This document shows positions 1 through 10,918 of a DNA stretch of 64,000 nt, piece by piece. The first letter of the stretch is position 1. The number at the start of each line of letters is the position of its first letter. Both the position numbers and the translations under genes were made by a program. Location of the stretch: positions 58,094,001 to 58,158,000 of the forward strand of contig CM060731.1 of NCBI GenBank assembly GCA_030704615.1, given 5' to 3'. The DNA is from Takakia lepidozioides (lineage: Eukaryota; Plantae; Bryophyta). The notes beneath the pieces are model-generated. The model did no database searches. It saw only the letters and a list, made by a program, of their open reading frames with translations, and was not told the origin of the DNA.

Positions 1-901
1 AAAATGAAAGTGCCTAATCAATTCTGTGAATTTCTTAGATTTTGGCCTAATTGCTGGGAAATTATGGGACCAAAGTGCCTAATGCCCAAAAATTCCACCA
101 AAAAAGATCAAAATTTCTTTGAACAAAAATCAATACAAATATATGCGTGCGGAAATAACTAGCCTACCAGCCTAGCACAACTCAAGAGTACCATTATGTA
201 AGAGGTTTCACCATGCACCAGCATATCAATATGAAAACGAGTGTACCCAACCCAATGACCAATGTACCGAAGTCCTGCACCAATGTGCCTACGCCAGTGT
301 GGACTATCAATATTGAACTCACCTAAAGTGTGAGAGCGAAGGGAGAGCTTGCCCACACCAACTTGAGCCTTGGAGCACCGCGCACAACAAGGAGGGGCAT
401 TTGTAGGGTTTCAAAGGAAATGAAAGGTAGCTGGAGCTTGGAAGGGCCCATGGGCATTGGGTGTCTATTTTGAAATTTTATTCTAAAGAAAATAAATGTT
501 TTCTCTTCTCATGTGCCTAATTCTAAAAAATTATAGCATGAAGATGCCTAATTTGAGAAATTGTTTTCAAAACATGCCTAATTTCTTGATTGATTGAATT
601 TATTATTAGGCGCAAAAATGCCTAAAAGATTGTCCAGGGACGGTATTGCATGCCTTGGGAAAGTGGCAATTGCATGTGGGGCCCATTTGGCAAAACCGCA
701 TTTGGCCCCTGACCACTGCCCCCTTGGAAGTGCACAGTAATATCCTTGTTCAAAGTTCGGTAAAAGCACACGTTTCTTGAGCAGAGTTTGGAGTTCGTTG
801 TTCCTCATCGTGTAGAGCCCAATGGAGCCCAACACAACTTGCATGAATGTTGTTGAAAGCTCACTAGCACCCCTCAGTAAAGGACCATGTCAACATGTTG
901 A

Positions 902-2158
902 TGCTGCCGGATTTTCGAGCACAAACCTCTACCTTGGAGCACGGAGCAGAGCTGGCATGAGTTTTTTAAAGATCCTTCACGATGGTGGGAGAACCGCAAT
1001 CGCAAGGTGTGGCTTTTTCTCAATGTACGATGTGAAGAAGTTTGTCCATCCTGCAAATGTGGGCTCTTGGCTCCTGTTAGTACCATGATTTGGTATTCTT
1101 CCTGATGTTTACAAGGTTCTTGGGAGAGTCAGCTTGGTCTTAGCAGGCCGGGTTTCAATCTCTGCCTGCTCATCTGCACCGTGGTGGTTCTCACAGACCA
1201 ATCCGAGATTACCTGACTACAGACACAAGCAGCACACACAAGAGGTCCTTTTGGGTTGATGGTCGGTCAAATCCTCCATGGGTCATGACACAAGGTCAAG
1301 GACAATGTGGTGAGGGCACCTTCTTCTTCGACCTATTTCAGCCTGTTTTGCCCTCTCATCAGACTCGGCCCTGAATTTGCATATTGAATATGGTGTCTGC
1401 ATCCAAGTTGTAGCCTTTCATTTGCCATATGTTGCAGTGGATCTGTGGTGGTTTGGAATGAATTTGACAAGTTAGTCCCGATGTGGCAGCAGGAAAGTAT
1501 CCAAAAACAGATAAGATAGATGAGGAGAAGCTTTGGAATGAACACTTCTCCGACGCCAGTCAATGGTGGGACAATGGAGACAAAAAGGTGAATGCCTGTT
1601 GGAAGCAGATGCAAGTCAGCATAGGAACTAGTGTGATAAGTATGGTTGGGGTGTTTGCTGGAAGAATTCTAGGCTGTCATTGTATGTTGCTAGCAGCAAG
1701 GCAAGGATGTATACATGATTTGTGCAGAGGCATGGATAGCTGAAGGAGCAGGATGGAGTGTGGGTCCAGATTCATCCAAGAGGGCCAGAGTTTAAGCACA
1801 AGATTATCTACGATTCCCTGTGGATCAATAGCTACAAGAAACCTGCATGGGTAGATGGTCAACTGGAAGCCGCAGCAGCAGCGGCACAATTGATAAAATC
1901 AGGCACTGCTAATGAAGGCACCTTCTTCAACACATTTCACCCTGTTTTTCCCTCTTATCAGAACCGGCCCTAAATTTTCATGTTGAATTCTGCAAGTTAG
2001 CTGGTTGAGTGAACCTTTGATAGTTGGAGTGACTTTGACATGATACTGCCAATGTGACAACAGGAAAGTATAGAGAAACAGGTAAGAGAGACGAGGAGAA
2101 GCTGTGGAAAGAATACTTTTCTGACCCCAGTCAATGGTGGGACAATCGAGGCAAAAAG
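902..2158 (+). CDS. Upstream exons of the PPR-DYW gene encoding OSB-type PDF motifs (first copy degenerate)
   Basis: Exon 902-1006 reads ..EQSWHEFFKDPSRWWENRNRK|GT; exon from 1197 reads TNPRLPDYRHK..(frameshift)WVDGRSNPPWV; 1493-1587 reads EEKLWNEHFSDASQWWDNGDKK|GT; exon from 1770 reads IHPRGPEFKHKIIYDSLW..PAWV; 2064-2158 reads EEKLWKEYFSDPSQWWDNRGKK|GT and joins 2821 in phase 0. TGA at 899-901 and a frameshift near 1230-1251 affect copy 1. Confidence 0.75.
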
Positions 2159-2735
2159 GTGGATGCCTGTTGGATTACAGAGAGTAGCAGACGCAATGAG
2201 CATAGGAACTAGTGTGATAAGCTGAGTTGGGTGTTTCCTAGAACAAATCTAGGCTGTCATTGTCACTGTCACATAGAGAATGAACTAAGCTGTATCTCCG
2301 CTTAACCTCGGTAAATTCGTGGAAGTCCCTTGATGAGGTCCCAGGTGCTCAGTTGAGTTCACTTTGCGGCTTATCCTCAGATACATAGCAGAACAAGACT
2401 AGTGACATGACATACGCAACCAACCGAATCGTCTTTGTAAACTTGATTCAAGAAACCAGTAGACGAAACCGCTACCTGCAATCAGCTTGCTCCACGGGCT
2501 GCTGGCTGAACACCAAAAGAAAGGATTAGAAGGCTGCACTTCCTCCTCGTCCAATAAACCCTCCGCCAGGTACGACATCCACTTGACCTCGTGTTCGATG
2601 GCGAGGACATTATGTCTCTCACCGGAGAAAGGTGAATGCCTGTTGGATTACAGAGTAGCAGACGCAATGAGCATAGGAACTAGTGTGATAAGCTGAGTGG
2701 GTGTTTCCTAGAACAAATCTAGGCTGTCATTGTCA
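2157..2735 (+). repeat. About 105-bp direct duplication of the intron 5' part flanking a ~365-bp unrelated insert
   Basis: AGGTG(G/A)ATGCCTGTTGGATTACAGAG...CTAGGCTGTCATTGTCA occurs at about 2157-2264 and 2630-2735. The paralogous intron 1588-1769 has a single copy. Confidence 0.8.
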
Positions 2736-2820
2736 GCTGTTAGCAGCAAGGCAAGGATGAATGCATGATTTGTGCAGAGGCATGGATAGCTGAAGGAGCA
2801 GGGGTAGAGTGTGGGTACAG

Positions 2821-5800
2821 AATCATCCAAGAGGGCCAGATTTCAAGCACAAGATTACCTATGATTCCCTGTGGATCAATAGCTACAAGAAACCTGCGTG
2901 GGTAGATGGTCAACTAAAGGCAGCAGCTGCAGCGGCACAGTTGATAAAATCAGGCACCTCAACCATGACCACAGCCTCTGGAAGAGGATCAAGAGAAGGA
3001 GTCCACAATGCCTCTTCTGGCACTTCTGGGCATGTGAAGATGCTTTGTGAGGCAGGCAGACTGAAAGAGGCTCTACAGACTTTAAACCAAGGAGGCATTT
3101 CAGCAGATTCAGAAACGTATGTCTGTCTCTTGCATAAGTGCATCAACGTGAAAGGCCTGGAAGCTGGAAAGCAGGTGCACACTCACATTATCCAAAGTGG
3201 ATTCACGCCAAATGTTTTTCTCCTCAGCACCCTTGTCAACATGTATGTTAAGTGCGGGAGCATCATGGATGCTCACCAAGTGTTCAACAGAATGCCTCAA
3301 CGAACTTTGATCACGTGGAATATAATGTTGGCAGGATTTACCAAGCATGGGTGTGGTAGGAATGCTTTGGAGACCTATGGAGAAATGATGGGGGAAGGGG
3401 TGAAGCCCAATCACATCACGTTTGTGTGCGTTTGCAGTGCATGTGCAAGCCTGGCAGCCCTGGAAAAGGGCAAAGAGGTGCATGGCGACATCGTCAGAGC
3501 TGGAATTGTACCAGATGTGATCCTGAACAATACCCTGGTGGACATGTATGCCAAATGTGGGAGCATCGAGCATGCAAAGGGAGTGTTCGACAATATGGCG
3601 GAACGAGATGTGGTGTCGTGGAACGCGATGATCACAGGATATGCACAGCAGGGGCGAGGGATGGAGGCTTTGGAGACGTATGAGCAAATGATGTGCGAAG
3701 GGGTGAAGCCCGACCGCGTCACGTTTGTGTGCGTTTGCAGTGCGTGTGCAAGCCTGGCAGCCCTGGAAAAGGCCAAAGAGGTGCATGACGACATTGTCAG
3801 AGCTGGAATTGCACCAGATGTGATCCTGAACAATACCCTGGTGGACATGTATGCCAAATGTGGGAGCATTGAGCATGCAAAGGGAGTGTTCGACAATATG
3901 GCTGACCGAAATGTGGTGTCGTGGAGTGCGATGCTCGCAGGATATGCACAGCAGGGGCGCGGTATGGAGGCTTTGGAGACGTATGAGCAAATGATGTGCG
4001 AAGGTGTGAAGCCCAACCACATCACGTTTGTAGGCATTTGTAATGCGTGTGCAAGCCTGGCAGCCCTGGAAAAGGGCAAAGAGGTGCATGGCGACATCGT
4101 CAGAGCTGGAATCGTACCAGATGCGATCCTGAACAATACCCTGGTGGACATGTATGCCAAATGTGGGAGCATTGAGCATGCAAAGGGAGTGTTCGACAAT
4201 ATGGCTGAACGAAATGTGGTGTCGTGGAACGCGATGCTCGCAGGATATGCACAGCAGGGGCGCGGGATGGAGGCTTTGGAGACATATGAGCAAATGATGG
4301 GGGAAGGGGTGAAGCCCGACCACATCACGTTTGTGTGCGTTTGCAATGCGTGTGCAAGCCTGGCAGCCCTGGAAAAGGGCAAAGAGGTGCATGGTGACAT
4401 CGTCAGAGCTGGAATCGTACCAGATGTGATCCTGAACACTGCCCTAGTGGACATGTATGCCAAATGTGGGAGCATCGAGCATGCAAAGGGAGTGTTCAAC
4501 AATATGACTGAACGAAATGTGGTGTCGTGGAACGCGATGCTTGCAGGATATGCACAGCAGGGGCGTGGGATGGAGGCTTTGGAGACTTATGAGCAAATGA
4601 TGGGGGAAGGGGTGAAACCCAACCACATCACGTTTGTGTGCGTTTGCAGTGCGTGTGCAAGCCTGGCAGCCCTGGAAAAGGGCAAAGAGGTGCTTGGCGA
4701 CATGGTCAGAGCTGGAATCGTACCAGATGTCATCCTGAACACTGCCCTGGTGGACATGTATGCCAAATGTGGGAGCATCGAGCATGCAAAGGGAGTGTTC
4801 GACCATATGGCTGAACGAGATGTGGTGTCGTGGAACGCGATGCTCGCAGGGTATGCACAGCAGGGGCGCGGGATTGAGGCCTTGGAGACGTATGAGCAAA
4901 TGATGTGCGAAGGGGTGAAGCCCGACCACATCACGTTTGTGTGCGTTTGCAATGCGTGTGCAAGCCTGGCAGCCCTGGAAAAGGGCAAAGAGGTGCATGG
5001 CGACATTGTCAGAGCTGGAATTGTACCTGATGTCATCCTGAACACTGCTCTGGTGGACATGTATGCCAATTGTGGGTGCATCGAGGACGCAAAGGGAGTG
5101 TTCGACAATATGGCTGAACGTAATGTGGTGTCGTGGAACGCGATGATTGCAGGATATGCACAGCATGGTTGTCATAGGGAGGTCGTGCAACTATTTGAAG
5201 GAATGCAAAAGAACGGCTTGAAGCCGGACAGTATCACCTTTATATGTGTCCTCTCTGCATGCAGCCACGCCGGCCTACTGAATGAAGGAAGACGCTACTT
5301 TGATTCCCTGAGTCAAGATCATGGTGTCACTCCGACAGTAAAGCATTTTGGCTGCATGGTGGACCTTCTTGGACGTGCGGGACAAATGGATGAGGCAGTG
5401 GACCTGATTAATAAAATGCCCATCAATCCAGATGCTGTGGTGTGGAAGGCCTTGCTTGGTGCCTGCCGAATCCATGGCAATGTGGAGATGGCTGAACGTG
5501 CAGCAACATCTATCCTCAAGTGGGATGAACAGGATGCCGCGACTTATGTCTTGCTCTCAAACATCTATGCTGCAGCTGGCAGGTGGGATGAAACTGCAAA
5601 GGTGAGAAGAATGATGAAGGTCAAAGGGGTTAGAAAGGAGCCAGGTCGCTGCTCCATTGAGGTTGGCAACAGGATGCACACCTTCGTTGTAGCTGACAAG
5701 TTGCATCCCAGAATTAAGGAAATCCATGCTGAGCTGAGAAGATTGTCTGGGCAGATGAAGAAGGCGGGGTATGTGCCTGACACGCGCTTTGTATTGCATG

Positions 5801-6048
5801 ATGTGGGGGAGGAGGAAAAGGAATTTTCTCTTTGCCACCACAGTGAGAAGCTGGCCATTGGTTTTGGGCTGATCAGCACGACCCCCAGGACCCCTCTCCG
5901 TCTCATCAAGAATCTTCGAGTGTGCGGTGACTGCCACACCTCCACCAAATTCATCTCAAAGATTGTTGGCCGAGCAATTGTTGTGCGGGATGCTAACCGC
6001 TTTCACCACTTTGAAGACGGGATTTGTTCTTGTGGGGATTACTGGTGA
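2821..6048 (+). CDS. PLS-class PPR protein with E1/E2 and DYW deaminase domain (organellar C-to-U RNA editing factor); large terminal exon
   Basis: Uninterrupted ORF with about 23 P/L/S motifs, PG box (PGRCSIEV), HSEKLA, CGDCH and terminal DYW. It begins after a CAG acceptor at 2818-2820 with the second half of a PDF motif (NHPRGPDFKHK..DSLW..KPAWV). The true start codon is not identified; first in-exon ATG is at 2965. Confidence 0.95.
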   Translation, partial: NHPRGPDFKHKITYDSLWINSYKKPAWVDGQLKAAAAAAQLIKSGTSTMTTASGRGSREGVHNASSGTSGHVKMLCEAGRLKEALQTLNQGGISADSETYVCLLHKCINVKGLEAGKQVHTHIIQSGFTPNVFLLSTLVNMYVKCGSIMDAHQVFNRMPQRTLITWNIMLAGFTKHGCGRNALETYGEMMGEGVKPNHITFVCVCSACASLAALEKGKEVHGDIVRAGIVPDVILNNTLVDMYAKCGSIEHAKGVFDNMAERDVVSWNAMITGYAQQGRGMEALETYEQMMCEGVKPDRVTFVCVCSACASLAALEKAKEVHDDIVRAGIAPDVILNNTLVDMYAKCGSIEHAKGVFDNMADRNVVSWSAMLAGYAQQGRGMEALETYEQMMCEGVKPNHITFVGICNACASLAALEKGKEVHGDIVRAGIVPDAILNNTLVDMYAKCGSIEHAKGVFDNMAERNVVSWNAMLAGYAQQGRGMEALETYEQMMGEGVKPDHITFVCVCNACASLAALEKGKEVHGDIVRAGIVPDVILNTALVDMYAKCGSIEHAKGVFNNMTERNVVSWNAMLAGYAQQGRGMEALETYEQMMGEGVKPNHITFVCVCSACASLAALEKGKEVLGDMVRAGIVPDVILNTALVDMYAKCGSIEHAKGVFDHMAERDVVSWNAMLAGYAQQGRGIEALETYEQMMCEGVKPDHITFVCVCNACASLAALEKGKEVHGDIVRAGIVPDVILNTALVDMYANCGCIEDAKGVFDNMAERNVVSWNAMIAGYAQHGCHREVVQLFEGMQKNGLKPDSITFICVLSACSHAGLLNEGRRYFDSLSQDHGVTPTVKHFGCMVDLLGRAGQMDEAVDLINKMPINPDAVVWKALLGACRIHGNVEMAERAATSILKWDEQDAATYVLLSNIYAAAGRWDETAKVRRMMKVKGVRKEPGRCSIEVGNRMHTFVVADKLHPRIKEIHAELRRLSGQMKKAGYVPDTRFVLHDVGEEEKEFSLCHHSEKLAIGFGLISTTPRTPLRLIKNLRVCGDCHTSTKFISKIVGRAIVVRDANRFHHFEDGICSCGDYW
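3385..5165 (+). repeat. 303-bp tandem repeat (one PLS triplet, 101 aa), about 6 near-identical copies
   Basis: GACATGTATGCCAA recurs at 3541, 3844, 4147, 4450, 4753 and 5056, an exact 303-nt period. Confidence 0.95.
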
Positions 6049-7451
6049 AAGGATGTTTTCTTGGAAAGATGCGAGTGTCTTGCTTCTGGGTTTGGGTGGT
6101 GGAGCTTCTCCAAAGCTTGAAGATGGAAGTGAATACAAATTTTGATGAGCTTGGGGCAGCCCTGTGCACAAGTTTGTTCAGCATCTTAAATTTGCAGATG
6201 TTTGTTTGTTTCTTGTGGTGTGGCTTTGGATGGAGCCCTTGACGAACTTGCATGAATATTGTCAAAAGCTATCCTTAACCCACCAAGATCCAATCCCATG
6301 GTGGCTGCTTGAAAGTTTCACATAGTGATTGTAAGGGTATTTGGGTATGTTGTTATTGATTGATGCCGCTTGACTCCCTCACAATAAGCGATACTGCCAG
6401 TATCGGTCCACCGACGCAGGTCTCTATCGCTGGTGTGACTCCCAGTGTTCTCAGTAACTACTTGAGCTGCCAATCTCAAACAAGCCAAAAAACTCTCCTG
6501 AAATCCCCTTCAAGAAAAGTGAGGTCTTTTTCTCTTACCGTCCAACATCCCAAAACCGAAGCTTTTGGTCTGTCATGTTGGTCAAATTAATATCAATAAA
6601 ATTACACCCAGCCAAGGGATATTATGTGAATAATGAGAGGAAGATATACTCACTGCCCCTCCTTTGGCTGTGAGGGCATAGTGATCAAAAGGATTTGTAG
6701 CGAGTTGTGGTGCGATGCTCAATTGTTGCGCAAAGGGTTGGGATTTTTGGGATTTTTGTTTACTCGCATGCAAGTTTTGGGATAAAGTAAACATATAGGA
6801 ATAATGCCTCTCAAGTTTGCGGGGCCATATCCATTAGAGGAAGGTTGCCCTCAAGGGTATGTCACAGCCACCGAAGTTGTTAGGACAGTCGATGTGTGGA
6901 TACCATCTCAGTATGTGATTGGCAATTGTAATTCTGCGCTGCTCCAGAGGAATCCCGGCAATGTATGTCATATATGCAGCAGCCCTCCCACCAGAGAGTG
7001 AACTCAAGATGATGAGTGGGAGTACATATCGAGGACTTTTTTTTATTATATCAGACAAGTTTGTAAAGCCATTTGTGAACACCTTCCAATCCTTTTCACA
7101 AGCTTTAGACAAAAACCAGTTGGTAGCTCAGTTGGAGAGAGCACTGACACTGATTTTGGGCTCCAGCATCCTCGGCTATACATCACTAGGAAAGAAGACA
7201 GGCACAAGGATGCAGAGAACTTGAGTGCGCCTCATTTGTGTATATGTTCAATTTGAGGCAGACTATGAACCGAGTTTTGAACGTGGCCACGACGCTAGCA
7301 ACAAGCATGGAATACTGCGACGTGTTCAATCGAGTATTGCAGACGCATGTGCTATGTACGGGATTCTGGTCGCTAAGAATGGAATGTTTTTGGCGATTCT
7401 CACCAGAAATATTTCCGTGGTGGCTGAAATGCTGGGTGAGTATAGGGACTA

Positions 7452-7574
7452 GGTAGCCGTGGAGGCGAGACCAGCTACCGGGTGTAGCCGGGCACCAGGC
7501 CGAGATGCGGTAGTGTCGAGGGATTCCTTGGTGTCCGGCTACACCCCGTAGCTGGTCAAGCCTCCCCGTCTACC
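7452..7574. other. GC-rich imperfect hairpin (~50-bp arms, ~26-nt loop); MIRNA-like or MITE-derived
   Basis: GGTAGCCGTGGAGGCGAGACCAGCTACCGGGTGTAGCCGGGCACCAGG pairs with CCTTGGTGTCCGGCTACACCCCGTAGCTGGTCAAGCCTCCCCGTCTACC with a few mismatches and G:U pairs. Confidence 0.7.
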
Positions 7575-9266
7575 GGACGTAACCGAGGTGGTGGTGGGCT
7601 CCGGCGGATGACAGGCCTGTCCAAACGATGCCACTATACGTCTCGGTCTCACACCCAGTGTTGGGCGAATATAGACCCGTCAGGATATGAGCTGGCGTAT
7701 ATCAGCCCCGCCGGACGTCAATGGATTCGGATCTGGAATTTTCTTTTTTGATATCCGGTTATTACTCATATCTGGCGGGTATGAATTGGATGATATTCGC
7801 CAAATGTATTAGAACTGGATTGATCATCCGAATCTATCAGCCAGATATAAAAAAAAAGAAAAATTATTAATAAATTAGATTTTAATTATTTTAAAAACTA
7901 AAATGTTAACCATTTTTTTAAAGTTTCTGTTGCAAATTAATTACTGTTGCTAAAACACTCTTATGTTTCCTATGAAGCACTCTAGCGTTTCTTAGTTTTT
8001 CAAGCATCTGTGGTCGAGGACATTTTTTTAATTCAAAGTGGTAGCCAGACAGATGCTTGGAAGATGTCTCCACTGGGAAAGCAATTTCTAATGGACCACT
8101 TTCTAATGGACAAGGCCCACCCAAACTTGGGGGGCTTATTTGTTACCTTTGGCTTGTTTCTTTTGCAGTGTTAGTTTTGGTTTCCTGCTGGTTCTGGGGG
8201 CTTCGGTCCCCTGCTTGGTTCTCAATGGGGCTCTCGATGGGGCTCTTTGTTGCTTATGGTGTGTGTGCATGATGGTGGGATCAGAGGTTTTATTTTTTCC
8301 CCCCTAACAATTCCAAATAAATTTTTCCAGGGCAACTTCGTCCCCGGTTCTCTTATATTTACTTAGAAGAAAAAAACACCTGGCATGGCTTAGACGCTTG
8401 GAACCTCAAGCCCACTGGCTTGAATTGGGGCTGGTGTTTCCTCTTTGGGAAACCAGGTATGCTTATAAATTGAAGGACCTCAATGCTTGGAAGATGTCTC
8501 CACTGGGAAAGCAAGACAAGTAATTATCTTAGCAACAGTGTTTCATACTGCAGGTTTCTTTACTGGAAATAATGGAAGTACGAGTGTCAGTTTTGCAGCT
8601 AAAGAGTTTTCTTGTTTAGGCTGCTTGGATTTTAGCTTGAAACTGAATGCACAGATACAACACTTTGCCCAAGGGCCAATGTAAAAAAAAAACTGATTGC
8701 CATGCTGGAGTAAAGTTACAGATGCACCCTGTTGTCCTCAATAGACGGTGTGTATGCGTGGTCCAAATCCTCTCACCTCTACAGGTATCATGAAGACAAT
8801 AATCTCTCATGGATAGTGCGCTTGCTTCACATTCACACTCATCATCTACAAGGAGACACTTTACTTGACCTTGACCTAGAGTAACAGACAGGCAAAGCAG
8901 TATTGTCACAATCGCCACTGTCCACCCACTAAGCCATGTTTTGCATGCCCTGATCTCATATTCTGTTGCAATCCTTGACGTCCAATAATCTAAATCCACT
9001 GAAACACACGACCACCATAAACATTTTTTGAATTATCCCCAAGAACAATTGGATTTGGTCGGGACATCTAACCTCTGGATATATTCGCGAGACCTGGTCA
9101 TTCAGGAGAAAAACGATTTGGAAGACATGTATTAGATTGCCTTTGGCCTAATTCTAAATCTCAGTTGCGCGGAGCATTTTCCCTCACTTCCTTGCACCAA
9201 GACACAAGCATAGGTTGTAGAGTGGGTGGTAGAGAGTAGTCACTTAGCTGGATAGAATTGATCCAT

Positions 9267-10918
9267 TTCGACTGCAGCCTGGATTGTGCCCAATCCATCC
9301 TTCACAGATGTAACGTGGGGGGTGGCAGTAGCTCTACGAGCTGAAAATAAGCTCTGGTCTACCATACTCAACCATTTGGGGTAGGAACTCAAAGAACGGA
9401 GTCCCCTTTGCCCCAAACACGGATGTTGGCACCTTCCATAGCAAAGGGAGAGCTTGGCCGGGAGTGGACTAACTGGGGTTCACCATGTGCCACACTCAAT
9501 AGACGTCGATGATGGAAAGGATCCAGCTTGTTGAAGTTAGAGCTGCTGAGTGTATTCACCAATGTAAGGGAAATGCTTAGCAGTGCAGTCACATGCGTCC
9601 CTCGCCTCCCACTGAGTTGGTCACTACCATTTCCTGCACCAAACTCCTGAATGCCCTCCAAACATGTGTCCTCGTCTGTAAGTGCTGCACTCATGTATGT
9701 TTGAATGTCACCTATCAAACTGTTGAAATTCCTGCTATTCAAATTGGTAACCAGGTAAGAGGACGTGTTAAGCTGGTCTAACGAATCACCCAGGACCTCT
9801 ATGCAAGTGTCCAAAGCTGAAGCTTCCATCCCATTCCCAGCTGTTGGCAAGCTCCTCAGATGTGAGGCTAAGGAGAGTGACTCATTTACAGCTTGCATAG
9901 CAGATCCCATGGCTAGGAGGACCAGTTTTTGAGGGCTCGCCTTCTCGGCACCTGGGGATGAGGAGAGAGTTTGATTGCACACATCTGGGTACCTGAGAGG
10001 TCACAACACCATTTTCATAAGAACACTGGCCTGGAAAAGCAGACAGAAGTGCAAATGACAACTCTGAGCCTCCATGAATCAACTACATGACATGCACAAG
10101 GGAAGTTTTGTCAGTATTGTGGCAGGGGCTTATCATTATGAACAGTGTGCAAGTGCAATGCCTTGGCCAGCACCAAATCTATGAGTTTTCCCACAAGCAT
10201 TCACTCTGGTGTCCAGCACATGCGGGGACATTGCCTCAAAATTTGCAGCCAGTGCCATAGTGTACGATTCCTCACATTCACCCTTGTGAAGTGTCTGAAA
10301 AATGCAGCTGAAGCTTCTTAGTGCCAAGCAAACCGAGATCAGCTACATAAGAAGAGGATTCGAATTGCTTGGACTCCCAACTTCGTTTAACGGACAAGGG
10401 GGTTTCTCAATGGACACTTCGATTTCACGATGGGGCACAAGTAAGAAGTTTTCAATCGTTTCAAACATTCAGCAACACCTACTATGTAGGTTGCATTACT
10501 GATACTCCGAATAGACAACTGCGAGCGAGCGAACCTTCTAATTTCCCACAACACAAATAGATTGATCAAGTGTAGAGCTCTCTTACAATGTAGTATTGCA
10601 CAGTGACGTGATTGATTTGGCACTGACTGCAAGAGGGGCGAGTGTCTCACTTTCAACTCCTCCATTCTTGTGGGAATGATTTACCCCGACTGTGATGCCA
10701 ACTGCGGCCGCTGCAGCCACCAGGAGGAGAACGGATACAGCAACAGCGATCCAACATCTTTTTCCCGAGGTCTTCGGAACAGGTGGCTCAAAATCTCCAT
10801 TTGCAAAACTGTTGGAGGACTCAACTTTTGTGTAAGATTTGGTGCCCCCTGCGCCCACTGCATTCTTGGCCTCTCTCCATATCTTCTGACCTGGAGAAGT
10901 GGATTCTGATTTCACCAT
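9267..10918 (-). pseudogene. Type-I pectin methylesterase (TM anchor + PMEI pro-domain) with frameshifted and truncated PME domain
   Basis: Exon 1 (10918-10587) has a TM segment and ends ..LCNTT L|GTAAGA. Exon 2 from 9992 reads YPDVC..ALDTCIEVL..IQTYMSAALTDEDTCLEG..RRLL and stops at 9389-9391. A shifted frame continues YPKWLS..PHVTSVKDGLGTIQAAVE, after which similarity is lost. Confidence 0.8.

Noticed and set aside
1-645. Transposon end with repeated TGCCTAA motifs
   Set aside because: Plausible, but the other terminus is outside the window, so it cannot be supported.
3109-5190. Long antisense ORFs (427, 363, 248, 173 aa)
   Set aside because: Shadows of the 303-bp PPR repeat on the opposite strand.
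5630-6048. U-to-C (DYW:KP) editing factor
   Set aside because: The domain has a PG box, canonical HSEK and CxxCH, and a DYW end, consistent with the C-to-U type.
6280-7450. Decayed LINE or gene fragments
   Set aside because: Only weak hints; no diagnostic motif could be read.
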